Shown here in pieces: positions 1-13,550 of a DNA stretch of 64,000 nt. The stretch is from assembly GCA_965153285.1 (NCBI GenBank), contig OZ229122.1; one strand, 5' to 3'. Source of the DNA: Podarcis tiliguerta (Eukaryota). The notes below the pieces were generated by a model. It did no database searches, was not told the origin of the DNA, and saw nothing but the letters and a program-made list of their open reading frames with translations. The position numbers and the translations under genes are program-made. The stretch's first letter is position 1, and each line of letters begins with the position of its first letter.

Positions 1-969
1 ATGCAAAAGGTCCCAGATTCAATCCTTGGTATATCCAGGTAGGGCTAGAAAAGACTCTTGCATGAAACCCTGCAGAGCTCTTGGGGTGCAAAAAACACTG
101 AGCTAGATAGACAAAGAGCTGAACTTGGTAGTTAAACATATGTTCCCCTTTGAAATAATCTCCCTTTTCCCTGTGAAATTATACTACTCTGGAAGCATAT
201 TTCAAAGGCTCTTTCATAATAAAAGATCATGCTTCAGTCCACAGACTTAGATCTGGATGACTGCACCTTCAGCCTAAAAGTCTGTCTATACTGGCTAAAA
301 TGTGACAGAAATGCACCCATACCGCACACCTCCAACAGAACATGAGACACTCAAGGGCAGATTCAGATGGAATTCACCACAATACTGATGACATAATTCA
401 TAGCCTTATATCAAGGCTTTAAAAAAAATACAATAAAATAAGCACAATCACTGCTGTATTTTAAAATTTGCACTTCAAATACCATCTATCAGCACAATGG
501 TTTATTTTAGGTCTCCTAGCCAAACTTGCATTCAGTTACAATGAATTTTGCATAATACAAGATCCCTTGGCGGAGACAGGCATTCTCTTCAGCATCAAGC
601 ATCATTCTAACACTACTCAAAAGGGTATGAATGTAGCAAGTTAAGTGGCTACATCTATACATCTCACTTGAGGTTGAAGTTTGCACACTCATTCGTGTAT
701 TTATTCCATGTATTTGTATGTACTTTGTAGACAGGCCAGCAATTGCAGACACATCTTAAGTGGCTATTAACATTCTAATGCACCATATTAACCAATTAGT
801 AATTAACATATATTTGCAATTAATTAGTATTTTTCAATACCTCCAGCATATGCCCATGAACTAAATTACCTGAAATGATGAAAGGACAATTGCTAATTCC
901 ACTGAAATAAAAAGTATTTCTTAAAAATTAAGATTTATAACCTGTGAGATTGTTATACTTTCTACCTAC

Positions 970-1147
970 CACAACAGTTAGGACAATCTGGATGTAGTAG
1001 AGGATTTATTCCATAACCTGGAGTACAACGATTAACCCACACCATTTGCAGAGTGCCTTCAATATAGTAGATCTCAGGCAGCGGTGCTGTCCGTTTCCCA
1101 AGAACTTCAACTTGCTGGCTAAAAAATTTCTCTATTAGGTCTTTTGC
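970..1147 (-). CDS. ZPBP: ZPBP exon 7 ([59 protein letters not shown])
   Basis: 178 bp, read by hand (absent from the ORF track); [16 protein letters not shown] is characteristic; the terminal exon was not found in the window. Confidence 0.96.
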
Positions 1148-4100
1148 CTGAAGTAAACAGAAATGGTTTTCTTGGGGAGGGAGAAAATAAAAAGCAATAC
1201 TTTTCTTATCTAACTAGATAAGAATACAGAATACATTGATATTCTGTACAGTACGGATATTCTGGCAAGTTATCATATTCAGTGCAATGGATTCCTATAG
1301 TCTGAGATAATACATAATTTGTTAAAGGTAAAGTTACAGTGGTTTCAGTCCTCCTCTGAATCGCATAAGGGGCAGCAATAAATAACCTTCTAACTGTAAC
1401 TAAATTTTATCTGAAATTTATCCTTCCTGTTTTTATGTATTAATTTCACACATGGAAAAATAAATGTGTCATATGACTAACTGAAACAATATTGATTTCA
1501 GTTATGGGTAGCTCTACAGTTTGACATTGCATCAACAAGTCCAAGGCTCATTCCCCAGAGGCTCCTGGAGGACAGCCTTTACGCTGCGACGACTCCTCTC
1601 CTCTGTCTGGACAGGCAGGCAGGGTCTCATGAAGATCCTTGCTGGGGGAGGAGTCATCCCACGGTCCCCAGACTGTCCCTGCCTTTCGAGATGGGCGGGT
1701 GGGTTTTTTTTCTCCAGTGCTGAACAAATTCAGTGACCCTAAAAACTTCATTTCTTCTTTGCTTGGATTTAACTTTGCCTTTCTATGGAGTTATTTTTCC
1801 TTTTGGAGGGTTTTCTTTGGATTCTACCTGAATTTAATTTACTTTTACAGTCCTCCTGCTCCTCCAAGGCTTTGTTCCTTTCACTTCCCTTTTCCACCTG
1901 CCTCAATTCAATGCCGCAGAGATAGCACTAGAGCAGACTCAGGGGAATTTTGGAACGCTCCCCTTTTCCATGCCTCAGACTGCCTGCAAGAGCAAGGGAG
2001 AGCTCTACCTCTCTCTGAGTAGCAGAAGCGTTCTGGGTCAAGAGGGACTGAGCAAAGTAGGACAGAGCGATCAGGAGAGATGCACACCAGCTCCACTGAA
2101 AATGTGTTTCCCACCTCTCAGCTGTTTTGTTTAGCACAGGGAGCTCCCGTGTGCATGTTTAGCCTGCGCCGTAGTCTCTATCATTGACAAAACCAAAGGA
2201 CTGCTTTTTAACCTGAGAGTCTTCTTCCGCCTGCAAGCCAACTGCAGATCTGGAGGCTAGCAAGGGGTAGGAGAGCAGTGTGGCCCATGTCCATCGCCTT
2301 ATTGGCCAACACAGCTGCAGGCACCATCTTGGGCCTACCTTGCCCACAAGGACCCAACTCAATGCACTTCCCTCCTCACCACAGGCCAGAGAACAGGGTA
2401 AGAGGCATTGCCCAGCACCCAATCTCCACCATCAGAGGGTGCCCTCTCAGAGGAGGCTGGAGAGCAGGAGACAGGATCCAGCTGCTACCAAGGCCACTCA
2501 AACCGGTACCAGGCACCACTGACACAGCCATCGGAAGGGGAATGTTCCCTAGGACCCAATGGGGCAGCATCCACATGACCAGGGGAGAAGATTCCTAGAT
2601 TCATATCCTGGGTAAGAGGAATAATGACGCAGGGGGCTCAGGGGATAGTAGTGGCCCAACTGGCATCAGCTACCCAAACCTCCACTCCAGCACAGGCAAA
2701 CTCACCACCCCTCCCCAACTAAGTCCCACCCCAAACCAGCAGGAGAGAAGGGGACGGGGAAGAAAGGGCACAAGGGAAACCCATAGCTCAAGGAGGCAAC
2801 AGAGGGCATCTCCTTTCAGCCCATACTCATCTCTTTCACCATTACTATCACCAACCTGCTCAGTATCAAGGGAGTCCCTCTCATCCTCAGTCCCAGTACC
2901 GGAAGAAGGCCGCACAGGAACAAGCAGCCTAGGCAGATAAACTGCAGGTCATGCAGTGACAAAGCCATAGTAAAAAGCAGCTTGAATAGCAGGTGGATGG
3001 CTAATGCATTAGGCTTGGTCTCATCAGATGATCTGGATCATACCTCAGAGGAGGAGGGAGAGCTTTCAGAGGAGGAGATCGAAGTCACTCCCTACCCAAG
3101 GGTAGGCTTTTCACCTCAGAATACTTTTGATCCATGGTAGCCAAGGCGAAGAGGATTTTGGAACTACCCAAAGAGAAGCTGAAGGAGACAGGGGGGACCA
3201 GCACCTGAGGAGGCGGAGCTAAGAATGCCTTCCCAGACGGCCAGTCACACATCTTGGTGCTACCTCTCCCAAATTATTTTCTACAAATGTGACTCAGAAT
3301 GGGACACTCCTAGCAGAGTTCAGAGATGGCCAGAGTGACCATGCTTTGGACAGATCAGCTTATGAGGAGGACATAATAAAGCAGATTAAAGGCTAGATTT
3401 TGATAGCATCTACATTCCAAGCCAACACCTCCAAGGATGCCATGCAGATGTCAGCCAGAGTTACGGCAGCCAGGACAATCATGAGGCAGAATCTGTATCT
3501 ACGCATTTGTGATGCCAATCCCGGTTCCCAAGAAAGGCTTGGCAATTCACCCTTTGGAGTTGGCAAGTTATTGGGGGGCGCCCTGGGGAAGGTCTTGGTG
3601 GAGACCAGGGGCAAAACAGAAAGCACTGCCAAGGGAAAGGGAAGTGGAGTTCTAACTCCTTCTGCTCACATTGGGACAGATCAGGCACTCCAAGACACGA
3701 TCAGGCAGGGGGAACCGTGCTTCAGCAAGGGCTCCAAGAAAGGGGGCAATGCTCAATGACACCATGCAACAAATAATGGAGCCCCGATAGGATGCAGACT
3801 CCTACACTTTGCCCACAAGTGAGCAAGGACAACATTGGACTGAAGGATCAACTGTATGATTTCCTCAGGATACCCTTTGCAGTTTTCAAGAGGAGAGAAG
3901 TCTTGCTCCCAGAAAGCAGAGAAGCACAAGGCACACATGAAAGCAAAAGAACACCTAATGAATGTACAAGCAATCAAGCACGTCCTATGTAGGGAGAGGG
4001 GTGGGGCTGTCTTCAATTTTTTTCTGGTGCCGAAGATCCTAGATCTCAAATGGCTCAACAAGCACATCCAGTATGAACACTTCAAGATGGAGACACTGAA

Positions 4101-6803
4101 CTCCATTTCAGAGGCGATAGAGTGGGAGGACTAGACAGCCTCCATAGCTCTATCAGAGACAGACCCACATACCGCATACACAAGAGCTAAAGGAAACACC
4201 TCAGATTCTGCTACAGAAATCTACCTCTGCAATACTGGGCATTATCTTTGGCCTCATGTCCATGCCAAGAGTATTCAGCAAGGTCTTGGCGGCATTAGGG
4301 GCTTACCTCCATACCTATACAACATTCTGATCTGGGCCCTGACAAGAGACAGATGTCAGAGGGATATTGAGAGTACGCTGGACACACTCGGAAGACACAG
4401 CTTCATGCTAAACATGGAGAAGAGCTCGTCGAATCCCTCACAAAACATAATTCACCTGGGAGTGCAGATAGCCTCCAAAAAAAATACCGTCTTCACCTCA
4501 GAGGAACAAATCTAGAAGCTCAGATCTTTAAGCCAACAGAGACGTGAGGCAGAAGAGGCAGACATCATGCTCCTGGCCCAACTTCAAGGCATGATGGTCT
4601 CATGCAAAGGATTGGTGGATTCTTCAGATCCTTCTACCATTTCAGGACCACATCACATCAGCACACCATTTGCAGACAGCAATTCCAAAGTCTATGTGTG
4701 AAGAACTGAAATGGTAGCTGGCCCCAAACTAATGAAGGGAGTCAGCCTACAGAATGCCCAATGGAAAGTCATAACCACCAACGCCAGCAAATCAGGCTGG
4801 GGAGCTCACATGCAATGCCACACAGCTCAGGGAACTTGATCCAGAGCAGAAGTGAACATGAGTGTAAATTGGCTGGCCCTGAGAGAAGTACACTTGGCAA
4901 TACTGCAGTTCGGAACTATGATCAGGGGATGCTGATACATTCAGACAATATTTCCGCCAAGGCATATTTGAACTATTGGGGGGATCTGATGGAAGAGGCC
5001 AAAAGACTGGTCAAATAGGCAGAAGGGAACATCCTTTCTCTGAAGGCAAAACATGTCACTGGGGTGGAAAACAAAGACTGGCTCAACCACCAAACCATCA
5101 GAAACAGACTGACACACCCTCAGGTATTCCAGCAGCTAGCGCAGCTCTTTGGATAACCAGTCATGGACAAAACACTCAGACAGCAATGTTTATGTCACAT
5201 TACAATGTTCAGGGAACACAGGGCATGGACACTGGTGACAGAACAGCCAATGGGTCTCCTATATGCATTCCCACCATTCAGTCTCCTGCCAAGAATGATC
5301 CAGAAGATCAAGCAGCAGAGATGATCCTCATCACCCAACACTGGTCGAGGAGACCATGGTTCCCAGAACTCTTGCATCTTTCCAGACCAGCTCTGTGGTG
5401 ACTACCAAACAGGAGACATGTACTCAGGCAAGGACTGCTCCATTCCGACTCAGAGCCTTTCCACCTAACTGCTTGAAGACTAAGAGCCCGGGAGGGTCCT
5501 AGAAACACTTCTGGCTTCACACATGGCCTCGACTTATAGAACATATAGCTCTATGTGGAAGGTCTACCTAGAGTGGCATGGTCAGAGTAAAAAGGACCCT
5601 ACAGCTAAGGGTGTCTTTGACATCCTAGAATTACTCCAGGTGAGACTGGATAAAGGGTTCAGCACCAATTCTGTGAAGAGGCAAGCAGCACCCCTGAGCA
5701 GCATCCTGGGATGCAAAGGGGAGTTTTCTGTCTTCACACCCACCCCTCTGCTCCATAGGTTTCTAAAGGGGGTGAACCAGAAAAACCCACCAGTAGTGCA
5801 TAGACTCCTCTATTAGAATATGAACTGGGTGCTAACAGCCTTAACAGGCTCACCCTTCGAGCCCCTGGCAACAACAGATACCTGTCTACTAACCCTAAAG
5901 ACGGTGTTTCTGGTTGTGATCACATCAGTGAGGAGTTTCAGATAGGAGCCCAATCCTCAGACACCCAGTTATGCATCTTCCACCAGGACAAGGTGGTCTT
6001 ACAGCTAGACCCTTCATTCCTAAGGTTAATTCCCTATTCCACAGGGCACAAGAGGTAGTACTGTTAGGATAGTTCCGTTCCACCTTAAAATAGTCAGGCA
6101 TGATTGTTGTGTATCACATGCCTATTTACGTCCAGCACTGTCTGCTGGGAACTTTCTCTTTTGCTCTGGCTGTTTTCCTGGACACGGAGGAAGCAGTCAT
6201 GTTTTTCCTTTGTTCTGAACTACGTTAAATAAAGCTGTAAATATGCTCTCCTGTCTGAATCTTTCATTGTGGAGACACTGTTGAAAGGGTGTGCATGCGT
6301 CTTGGAATGTCTCTGAGGCTTGTGTCGCTAATTGACTGATGCTGTTCCACGGGAGACCAGTGATCGTCCGGAGACCACTGGGGGCCTGCCTGATGCCTCT
6401 GTCTCCCTGGCAATATCCCAACAAGTACCACAAGAGGCAGTCTTTAGAAATCTGAATCCCTACTGGTCTCATTCAAGTGTGGAGATAATCAGGGGTGTAA
6501 AGTTTTCACCTCCTCAATCTCCAGATAGCTCCAGGAAGCCATCTCAGTGTCGACCACACAGTGGGAAAAACACCCTTGGGAGGGCTGACAGCACATTCCA
6601 AGGCGGAAGCGGGGGGGGGGGCATCAACAGCATTCAATGGGGCCATGGATGTTTCCGGCTGACATCACAATTTATGATGATCGTGCTCTGCTGCCCTCCG
6701 GGGCAGTGGAGCTGTTTGGGCAGGGGAAAGACAGGATTTATGAGGTAAATTCCTGGCAAGGCTCCTCAGGAGGTTCTGGGGAGTTTACTGCATCCTGCAG
6801 TGT

Positions 6804-9300
6804 CATAGAATCATAGAATCATAGAGTTGGAAGAGACCACAAGGGTCATCGAGTCCAACCCCCTGCCAAGCAGGAAACACCATCAGAGCACTCCTGACAT
6901 ATGGTTGTCAAGCCTCTGCTTAAAGACCTCCAAAGAAGGAGACTCCACCACACTCCTTGGCAGCAAATTCCACTGTCGGACAGCTCTTACTGTCAGGAAG
7001 TTCTTCCTAATGTTTAGGTGGAATCTTCTTTCTTGTAGTTTGGATCCATTGCTCCGTGTCCGCTTCTCTGGAGCAGCAGAAAACAACCTTTCTCCCTCCT
7101 CTATGTGACATCCTTTTATATATTTGAACATGGCTATCATATCACCCCTTAACCTCCTCTTCTCCAGGCTAAACATGCCCAGCTCCCTTAGCCGATCCTC
7201 ATAAGGCATTGTTTCCAGGCCTTTGACCATTTTGGTTGCCCTCCTCTGTACACGTTCTAGTTTGTCAGTGTCCTTCTTGAACTGTGGTGCCCAGAACTGG
7301 ACACAGTACTCCAGGTGAGGTCTGACCAGAGCAGAATACAGTGGCACTATAACTTCCCTTGATCTAGATGCTATACTCCTATTGATGCAGCCCAGAATTG
7401 CATTGGCTTTTTTAGCTGCCGTGTCACACTGTTGGCTCATGTTAAGTTTGTGGTCAACCAAGACTCCTAGATCCTTTTCACATGTACTGCTCTCAAGCCA
7501 GGTGGCACCCATCTTGTATTTGTGCCTCTCATTTTTTTTGCCCAAGTGCAATACTTTACATTTCTCCCTGTTAAAATTCATCTTGTTTGTTTTGGCCCAG
7601 TTCTCTAATCTGTCAAGGTCGTTTTGAAGTGTGATCCTGTCTTCTGGGGTGTTAGCCACCCCTCCCAGTTTGGTGTCATCTGCAAATTTGATCAGGATGC
7701 CCTTGAGTCCATCATCCAAGTCGTTGATAAAGATGTTGAATACGACCGGGCCCAAGACAGAACCCTGTGGCACCCCACTAGTCACTCTTCTCCAGGATGA
7801 AGAGGAACCATTGATGAGTACCCTTTGGGTCCGGTCAGTCAGCCAGTTACAAATCCACTGAGTGGTAGCATAGTCAAGACCGCATTTTACCAGCTTCTTT
7901 ACAAGAATATCATGGGGCACCTTGTCAAATGCCTTACTGAAATCAAGGTAGACTACATCCACTGCGTTCCCTTCATCTACCAGGCTTGTAATTCTGTCAA
8001 AAAATGAGATCAGGTTAGTCTGACATGACTTATTTTTCAGAAATCCATGCTGACTATTGGTGATCACAGCATTCCTTTCTAGGTGCTCACAGATTGTTTG
8101 CTTAATGATCTGCTCCAGAATCTTCCCTGGTATTGATGTTAGACTGACTGGGCGGTAATTATTTGGGTCCTCTCTTTTCCCCTTTTTGAAAATAGGGACA
8201 ACATTTGCCCTCCTCCAGTCTGCCGGGACTTCGCCTGTTCTCCAGGAATTCTCAAAGATGACTGCCAGTGGTTCTGAGATCACATCTGCCAGTTCTTTTA
8301 ATACTCTTGGATGCAGTTCATCTGGCCCTGGAGACTTGAATACATCTAAACTAGCCAAGTATTCTTGTACTATCTCCTTAGTTATTCTGGGCTGTGTTTC
8401 CTCTGCTGAATCATTTGCTCCAAATTCTTCAGGTCGGGCATTGTTTTCTTTATCGGAGAAGACTGAGGCAAAGAAGGCATTGAGGAGTTCAGCCCTTTCT
8501 GTGTCCCCTGTTTGCATTTCACCATCTTCTCCTCTGAGTGACCCCACTGTTTCTTTGTTCTTCCTTTTGCTACGAACATACCCATAGAAGCCTTTTTTGT
8601 TGCTTTTAACCTCTCTAGCAAGCCTGAGTTCATTCTGTGCTTTAGCTTTTCTGACTTTGTGTCTACACGTGCTGGCTATTTGTTTGAATTCCTCTTTGGT
8701 GGTTTCCCCCCTTTTCCATTTTTTGTACACATCCTTTTTTAATCTTAACTCAGTTAAAAGTTCTTTAGATAGCCACCCTGACTTCTTTAGGCACCTTCCA
8801 TGTTTCCGTCTCATTGGTATTGCCTGAAGTTGTGCTTTTACTATCTCCCTCTTAACAAACTCCCAGCCATCATGAACTCCCTTTCCTTTTAGTATTACTG
8901 TCCATGGGATCTCACCCAGCACTTCCCTAAGTTTTATGAAGTCGGCTTTCTTAAAGTCAAGAAATTGAGTCCTAGTATGCTTGGCTGCTCCTTTCCGTTG
9001 TATAGTAAACTTCAGAAGAGCATGATCACTTGCGCCTAATGATCCTTCCACTTCTACCCCATTAACCAGGTCATCGACATTGGTTAGGACCAGATCTAAA
9101 ATGGCTGTTCCTCTTGTTGCTTCTCCCACTTTCTGGACAATGAAGTTGTCTGCAAGGCCAGTGAGGAATCTGTTTGACCTTATGCTCTTGGCTGAGTTTG
9201 ACATCCAACAAATATCTGGGTAATTGAAGTCCCCCATTACTACTATCTCCCTTCCTTTTGCATGCTTGGCCATCTGTTCCAGGAAGGCATCATCTATGTC
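6804..9300 (-). mobile_element. Young 5'-truncated CR1 LINE; stop-free ORF2 (partial endonuclease + RT)
   Basis: 812-aa ORF with [19 protein letters not shown] and KFADD; (ATTCTATG)n 3' tail at 6804-6823; TGTCA at both junctions. Confidence 0.97.
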
Positions 9301-9486
9301 ACTTAAGCCCATATCTGTCACCTTGAAAGGCAGAATGGGTGCGACCTGGGAAGTGTGTCCCTGCCATGGACCAACCTCTGTCTCCGGAATGATCTGTGAT
9401 CAGTTCCTCACTAATTTGGAATATTGGTGTTAATTATGAGGCGCTCCTGAAACGGCATATAATAATGGGCTGCAATAAATCAGCTG

Positions 9487-9516
<30 letters not shown>

Positions 9517-9527
<11 letters not shown>

Positions 9528-10294
9528 CATTATGGTGCTGGAGGAGACTCTTGAGAGTCCCATGGACTGCAAGAAGATCAAACACATCCATTCTTAAGGA
9601 AATCAGCCCTGAGTGTTCACTGGAAGGACAGATCGTGAAGCTGAGGCTCCAATACTTTGGCCACCTCATGAGAAGAGAAGACTCCCTGGAAAAGACCCTG
9701 ATGTTGGGAAAGATGGAGGGCACAAGGAGAAGGGGACGTCAGAGGACGAGATGGTTAGACAGTGTTCTCGAAGCTACAAACATGAATCTGACCAAACTGC
9801 GGGTGGCAGTGGAAGACAGGAGTGCCTGGCGTGCTCTGGTCCAGGGGGTCACAAAGAGTCGGACACGACTAAACGACTAAACAACAACAACAAAATGTAT
9901 AAGACGACCCCTATTATTTTTAACCCAAAATTAAGAAATTAAGTTGTTTAGCTTTTTGGGGTCAGGGAGGTCATTTCCAGCAATCGCTCACCCACCTGTC
10001 CGCCACTGCTGATTGCACACCTCGCCGCAGCCACCAATTGTCTGCCCACTAGCTGCCAAACAGCCCACCTGCCCACTTGCAGCAGTCATCAATCGCCTGC
10101 CCGCCTTGCCACAGCCACTCGCCAGCAGGCCTTGCTGCAGCCACCAATTACCCGCCCAATTGCCGCTGCCAATCTCCTGCTTGCCGCTGCCATTAATCAC
10201 ATGTCCTCCCTCTGCAGTCACCATCCGTGTTTAAGAAGACACATTCATTCATTCATTAGCAAAAAGCATTGTCTTATACACGGGAAAATATGGT
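9517..10294. mobile_element. Tc1/mariner-type MITE (CCGTATTTT-class termini) split by the BovB insertion
   Basis: CAGTATTTTTC...TATAAGACG left end, GTCTTATACACGGGAAAATATGG|TA right end. Confidence 0.6.
9530..9893 (+). mobile_element. BovB (RTE) LINE 3' fragment
   Basis: RVPWTARRSN.SILKEISPECSLEG...YFGHLMRR..SLEKTLMLGK; (CAA)n tail. Confidence 0.93.
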
Positions 10295-12017
10295 ATATAG
10301 GCCTTGGACATATGCAGAGCACTAGACACTACAAACTAGACAAATGAGCATCCACTGACGCAGCCTTCAGTAGGAAGGTGCTGCAAAGGGTGGTACAGCC
10401 ATAATGCCTCTAGTTAGCGAAGCGCAGGTAGTCCCAGCATAAAGGCTGTCCTCCAGGAGCCTCTGGGGAATGAAAGGAAATTCTTACCGTGAATTTCTAT
10501 TCCCAGAGACTCCTGGAGGACAGCACCCACCACTCTGGGAGAGTCACACATGGCTGGGGATATAACCAAACTCTTGAACTTAAAGTGGACATGAACGTCA
10601 CGAAAGATGCCAACCAAAGCGGGGTACAGCAAAGTACCTGCAATGTGGCAATGTATGGGGAGGGGTTCTTTCCTGCTTGATCAGCTGGTCTGGGGACCAT
10701 GGAATGACTCCTCCCCCAGCAAGGATCTTTATGTGACCCTGCCTGTCCAGTCAGAGGAGAGGAGCCATCCCAGCATAAAGGCTGTCCTCCAGGAGTCTCT
10801 GGGAATAGAAATTCACGGTAAGAATTTCCTTTCGTTCCCTCTTCCATGGTAAACCATAAGTCCCATTCAGGCATTATTAGAACTAGTCTCTGGGCCACAA
10901 GAGGTTGTCGGTACCATTCTGAATGCTAAATGAGACAGTTTGCTCAATAGCCTACAAGTACACTGACAAAATGTTTAGCCATTTTTATTGAGTTTCCACT
11001 GAAAAATACCAAACATCTTACTTGCATAAAAAATAGCCTAAAATACATTTCACACATTTTGTCCATAAAGATTCCAAGGGCGCCAATTGATCAGAAGAGA
11101 TCCAGAATATATTGATATCATTTGAGAGGTATCACTGATATTTTGAAGATAGTAAGTGATGGGGGGGGGGGAAATCTTTTTTGCATTTAACTTGAGCATA
11201 AAAATGGTCTTGGAGGCACAGCTTTAGTCTGTCCTCTGCATATATTACACCAAAACTATCTATATCTAAATATGGTTATTTAAATTGGGCATTTAAACAA
11301 AGTACTTTATTTCTTAAATAGCCTATAACCTTAGTAAAATTTTTAGCCATGACTGACATGGATAATGAGTAGCGTGCGTACATGCATACGCGCACACACA
11401 CACACGTGTAAAACTCAAGGCAACAAAATAATTTAATGTAGCACTGGTGTTCAGTTTGGTTAATCATGTAAAGTTGGACTCAGTCCAGCAAATTTACCTT
11501 CTCCACACAAAGGAAGTGGGGATGGTCTTGAATAGCTGGGATTGAACAATTCTTGTCTATGTTTCTGTGCGATCACACACAGAGCAACCTTTTGAGAAAA
11601 CCATAGCTTACAGGAAGAGTTTAGTTCATAGCCCAGCACCTAATTGAAGCTTATTTATACATGGGCCCTGTTTAGCGATCCTAATGCACAGCTGTAGGTG
11701 CCACTCTTGCATTCCGCATGAAGGGTGGGGGCTGGGTGCCATTTGCAACGCCTGCAACTCTTCTCTTCCCTCCACCCACAGCCCCACAACAGGCAACCAG
11801 CAGCGGGAGACAGCGCTAATCACCTGTGTGAAAATGTAGCTATAACGGTAGGAGTGAGATGTTTCCACCCACTAGTGCTCAATACAGAGTTCCTTATGGG
11901 TAGGCTCACATTGGGAAGACTGATCTGCAGATGGAAGCCCTTTTCAAGATAAGAATTGCTGTTTGGAGTACAGAAAACCTGCAAGTTCACAAATTTCTCT
12001 TTTTGAAATGCAAAGTA

Positions 12018-12369
12018 CAGTGGTGCCTCGCAAGACGAAAAGAATCCGTTCCGGGAGTCTTTTCGTCTTGCGGTTTTTTCGTCTTGCGAAGCAAGCCCAT
12101 TGACGGAGTAGCGCTATTAGCGCTATTGACATTTTAAGGGCTAAAAACGGCTTTTTAAGGGGTGGGGGATTAGCAGTTTTGCTGCTAAAATGCTTTTAGC
12201 AGCTTAGCGCTTCAGGAAAAGGGGTTTTGGAGCAAAAAAAAAAATTCAAACTTTTTTGTCATTTTTCGTCTTGCGAAGCAAGCCCATAGGGAAATTCGTC
12301 TTGCGAAGCGCCTCTGCAAACGGAAAACCCTTTCGTCTTGCGGGTTTTCCGTCTTGCGGGGCACCACTG
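12018..12369. mobile_element. Tc1/mariner (Tigger-like) MITE with GCAAGACG subrepeats
   Basis: TA|CAGTGGTGCC...GGCACCACTG|TA. Confidence 0.9.
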
Positions 12370-13476
12370 TACTATGTGAGAGATGACTTTTGCCTTTCCC
12401 TAAGTAAGAAGGAAAACCACTGGTCAGAGTCTTCTTGATCATAGCCATTGTGTGTGACTGCACAGAGACCAAAGAATAAGTTCAATTTATCTTATTCTTT
12501 GCTTAATTAATCTGTGTATGTGGATACAGCTTCAGGGTTTCCAATGTTTTTCTAATACTCTCAAGTTAATATTAGAAAATATCATGAAAAAATACCTCAT
12601 TAGTAGCAATAGCCAGTAATATTACTACAAATTCTAAATAGTGAGAAGTCCATCATTATGACCGGCAGGATATTTGTGGAAAGACTGTATGCTGGGGAAC
12701 CTCTGCCAGATAAAATTGTAGTGATGGATAGCTTTTGCTATGCTGTTTCTTATTCAGTGCTTTGTATTTCTCCATATGGATGAATGGTGGTCATTCACCT
12801 TTATGGGAAAAAGCAAAGGATTTCAGTCAGAACCACCATTTCATTGGAGCAAAATCTGACATCCTGTAGTCTTTTCAGCTTGAAGCCAATTCTGCCCTCT
12901 CTCAGCTTTGTAGTTCATTCAGTTTACCCACTATTGCACAATAAAAGCCATGGAGAACTCAACATGCTGCAAGCAATTTCTTCCTCCTTCCATGAACATG
13001 CTTCCATTATGCATTCAAATCCATTGTGTGATGCTACTGTATAATGTGTGTCAACAACTGGCTTCTAAAACTATATTTTGAGGGTGCAAGGACTTATTAG
13101 GAAATTTGGAACCATCTTCTCATAACCTTACAATGCAACAGCACAGCTAGATCAGACCAACATCTATCTAGTCCAGCACCCTGTTTTTTTACAGTGCCTG
13201 ACTAGGTACCTTGGGAAATCTTATAAACAGAACACAAAGACTAAACACCACAGTCCCCAGAAACTTGTATTCAGAGGTCTACTGCCTTTTAACCCAGAGG
13301 CTCCACATAGCTAACAGTTGTTGACAAAGCTATCCTCCATGAATGCATCCCATCCCAGCCAGGGGTCATCATTATTACCTTTTTAAACATTCCAATCCCT
13401 TTTTAAATGATGAAGAGTTAGAAACAATGGTAAACTTCTGCTGACTTTTATTTCCTTTAAGGTGGATCTACACTAC

Positions 13477-13550
13477 CTTTCGTAATCTTCTTGTGACGTC
13501 GCATGCACTTTTCTGACACACACTTTTGCCTTTCTCTGTTTCTGAAGAAA
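13477..13550 (-). CDS. ZPBP: ZPBP exon 6 (VSSETEKGKSVCQKSACDVTRRLRK)
   Basis: 74 bp, phase 1-0, TTTTACAG acceptor, GTAGTG donor; VSS..TEKG...C....C pattern. Confidence 0.9.

Larger units (their letters stand above)
1548..10832 (+). mobile_element. Full-length but decayed DIRS1-like (tyrosine recombinase) retrotransposon in ZPBP intron 6, interrupted ~6062-10296
   Basis: Left ITR 1548-1673, right ITR 10688-10832, ICR 10431-10524. RT remnant FLVPK..LDLKWLNKHI...FKMETL (~4020-4110), RNase H TTNASKSGWGAH (~4770-4810), YAFPP/WxRRPWFP (~5260-5370), recombinase 5523-6060 resuming at ~10300. Confidence 0.9.

Noticed and set aside
516-752. 78-aa minus ORF just downstream of ZPBP exon 7
   Set aside because: Lacks the expected terminal-exon motif (CSPG.YN...C..C...YGAK.C); treated as a chance intronic ORF.
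12018-12369. Repeated TTCGTCTTGCG units that look like a CRISPR or iteron array
   Set aside because: Irregular spacing, inside TIRs with TA TSDs, in vertebrate DNA: MITE subrepeats.
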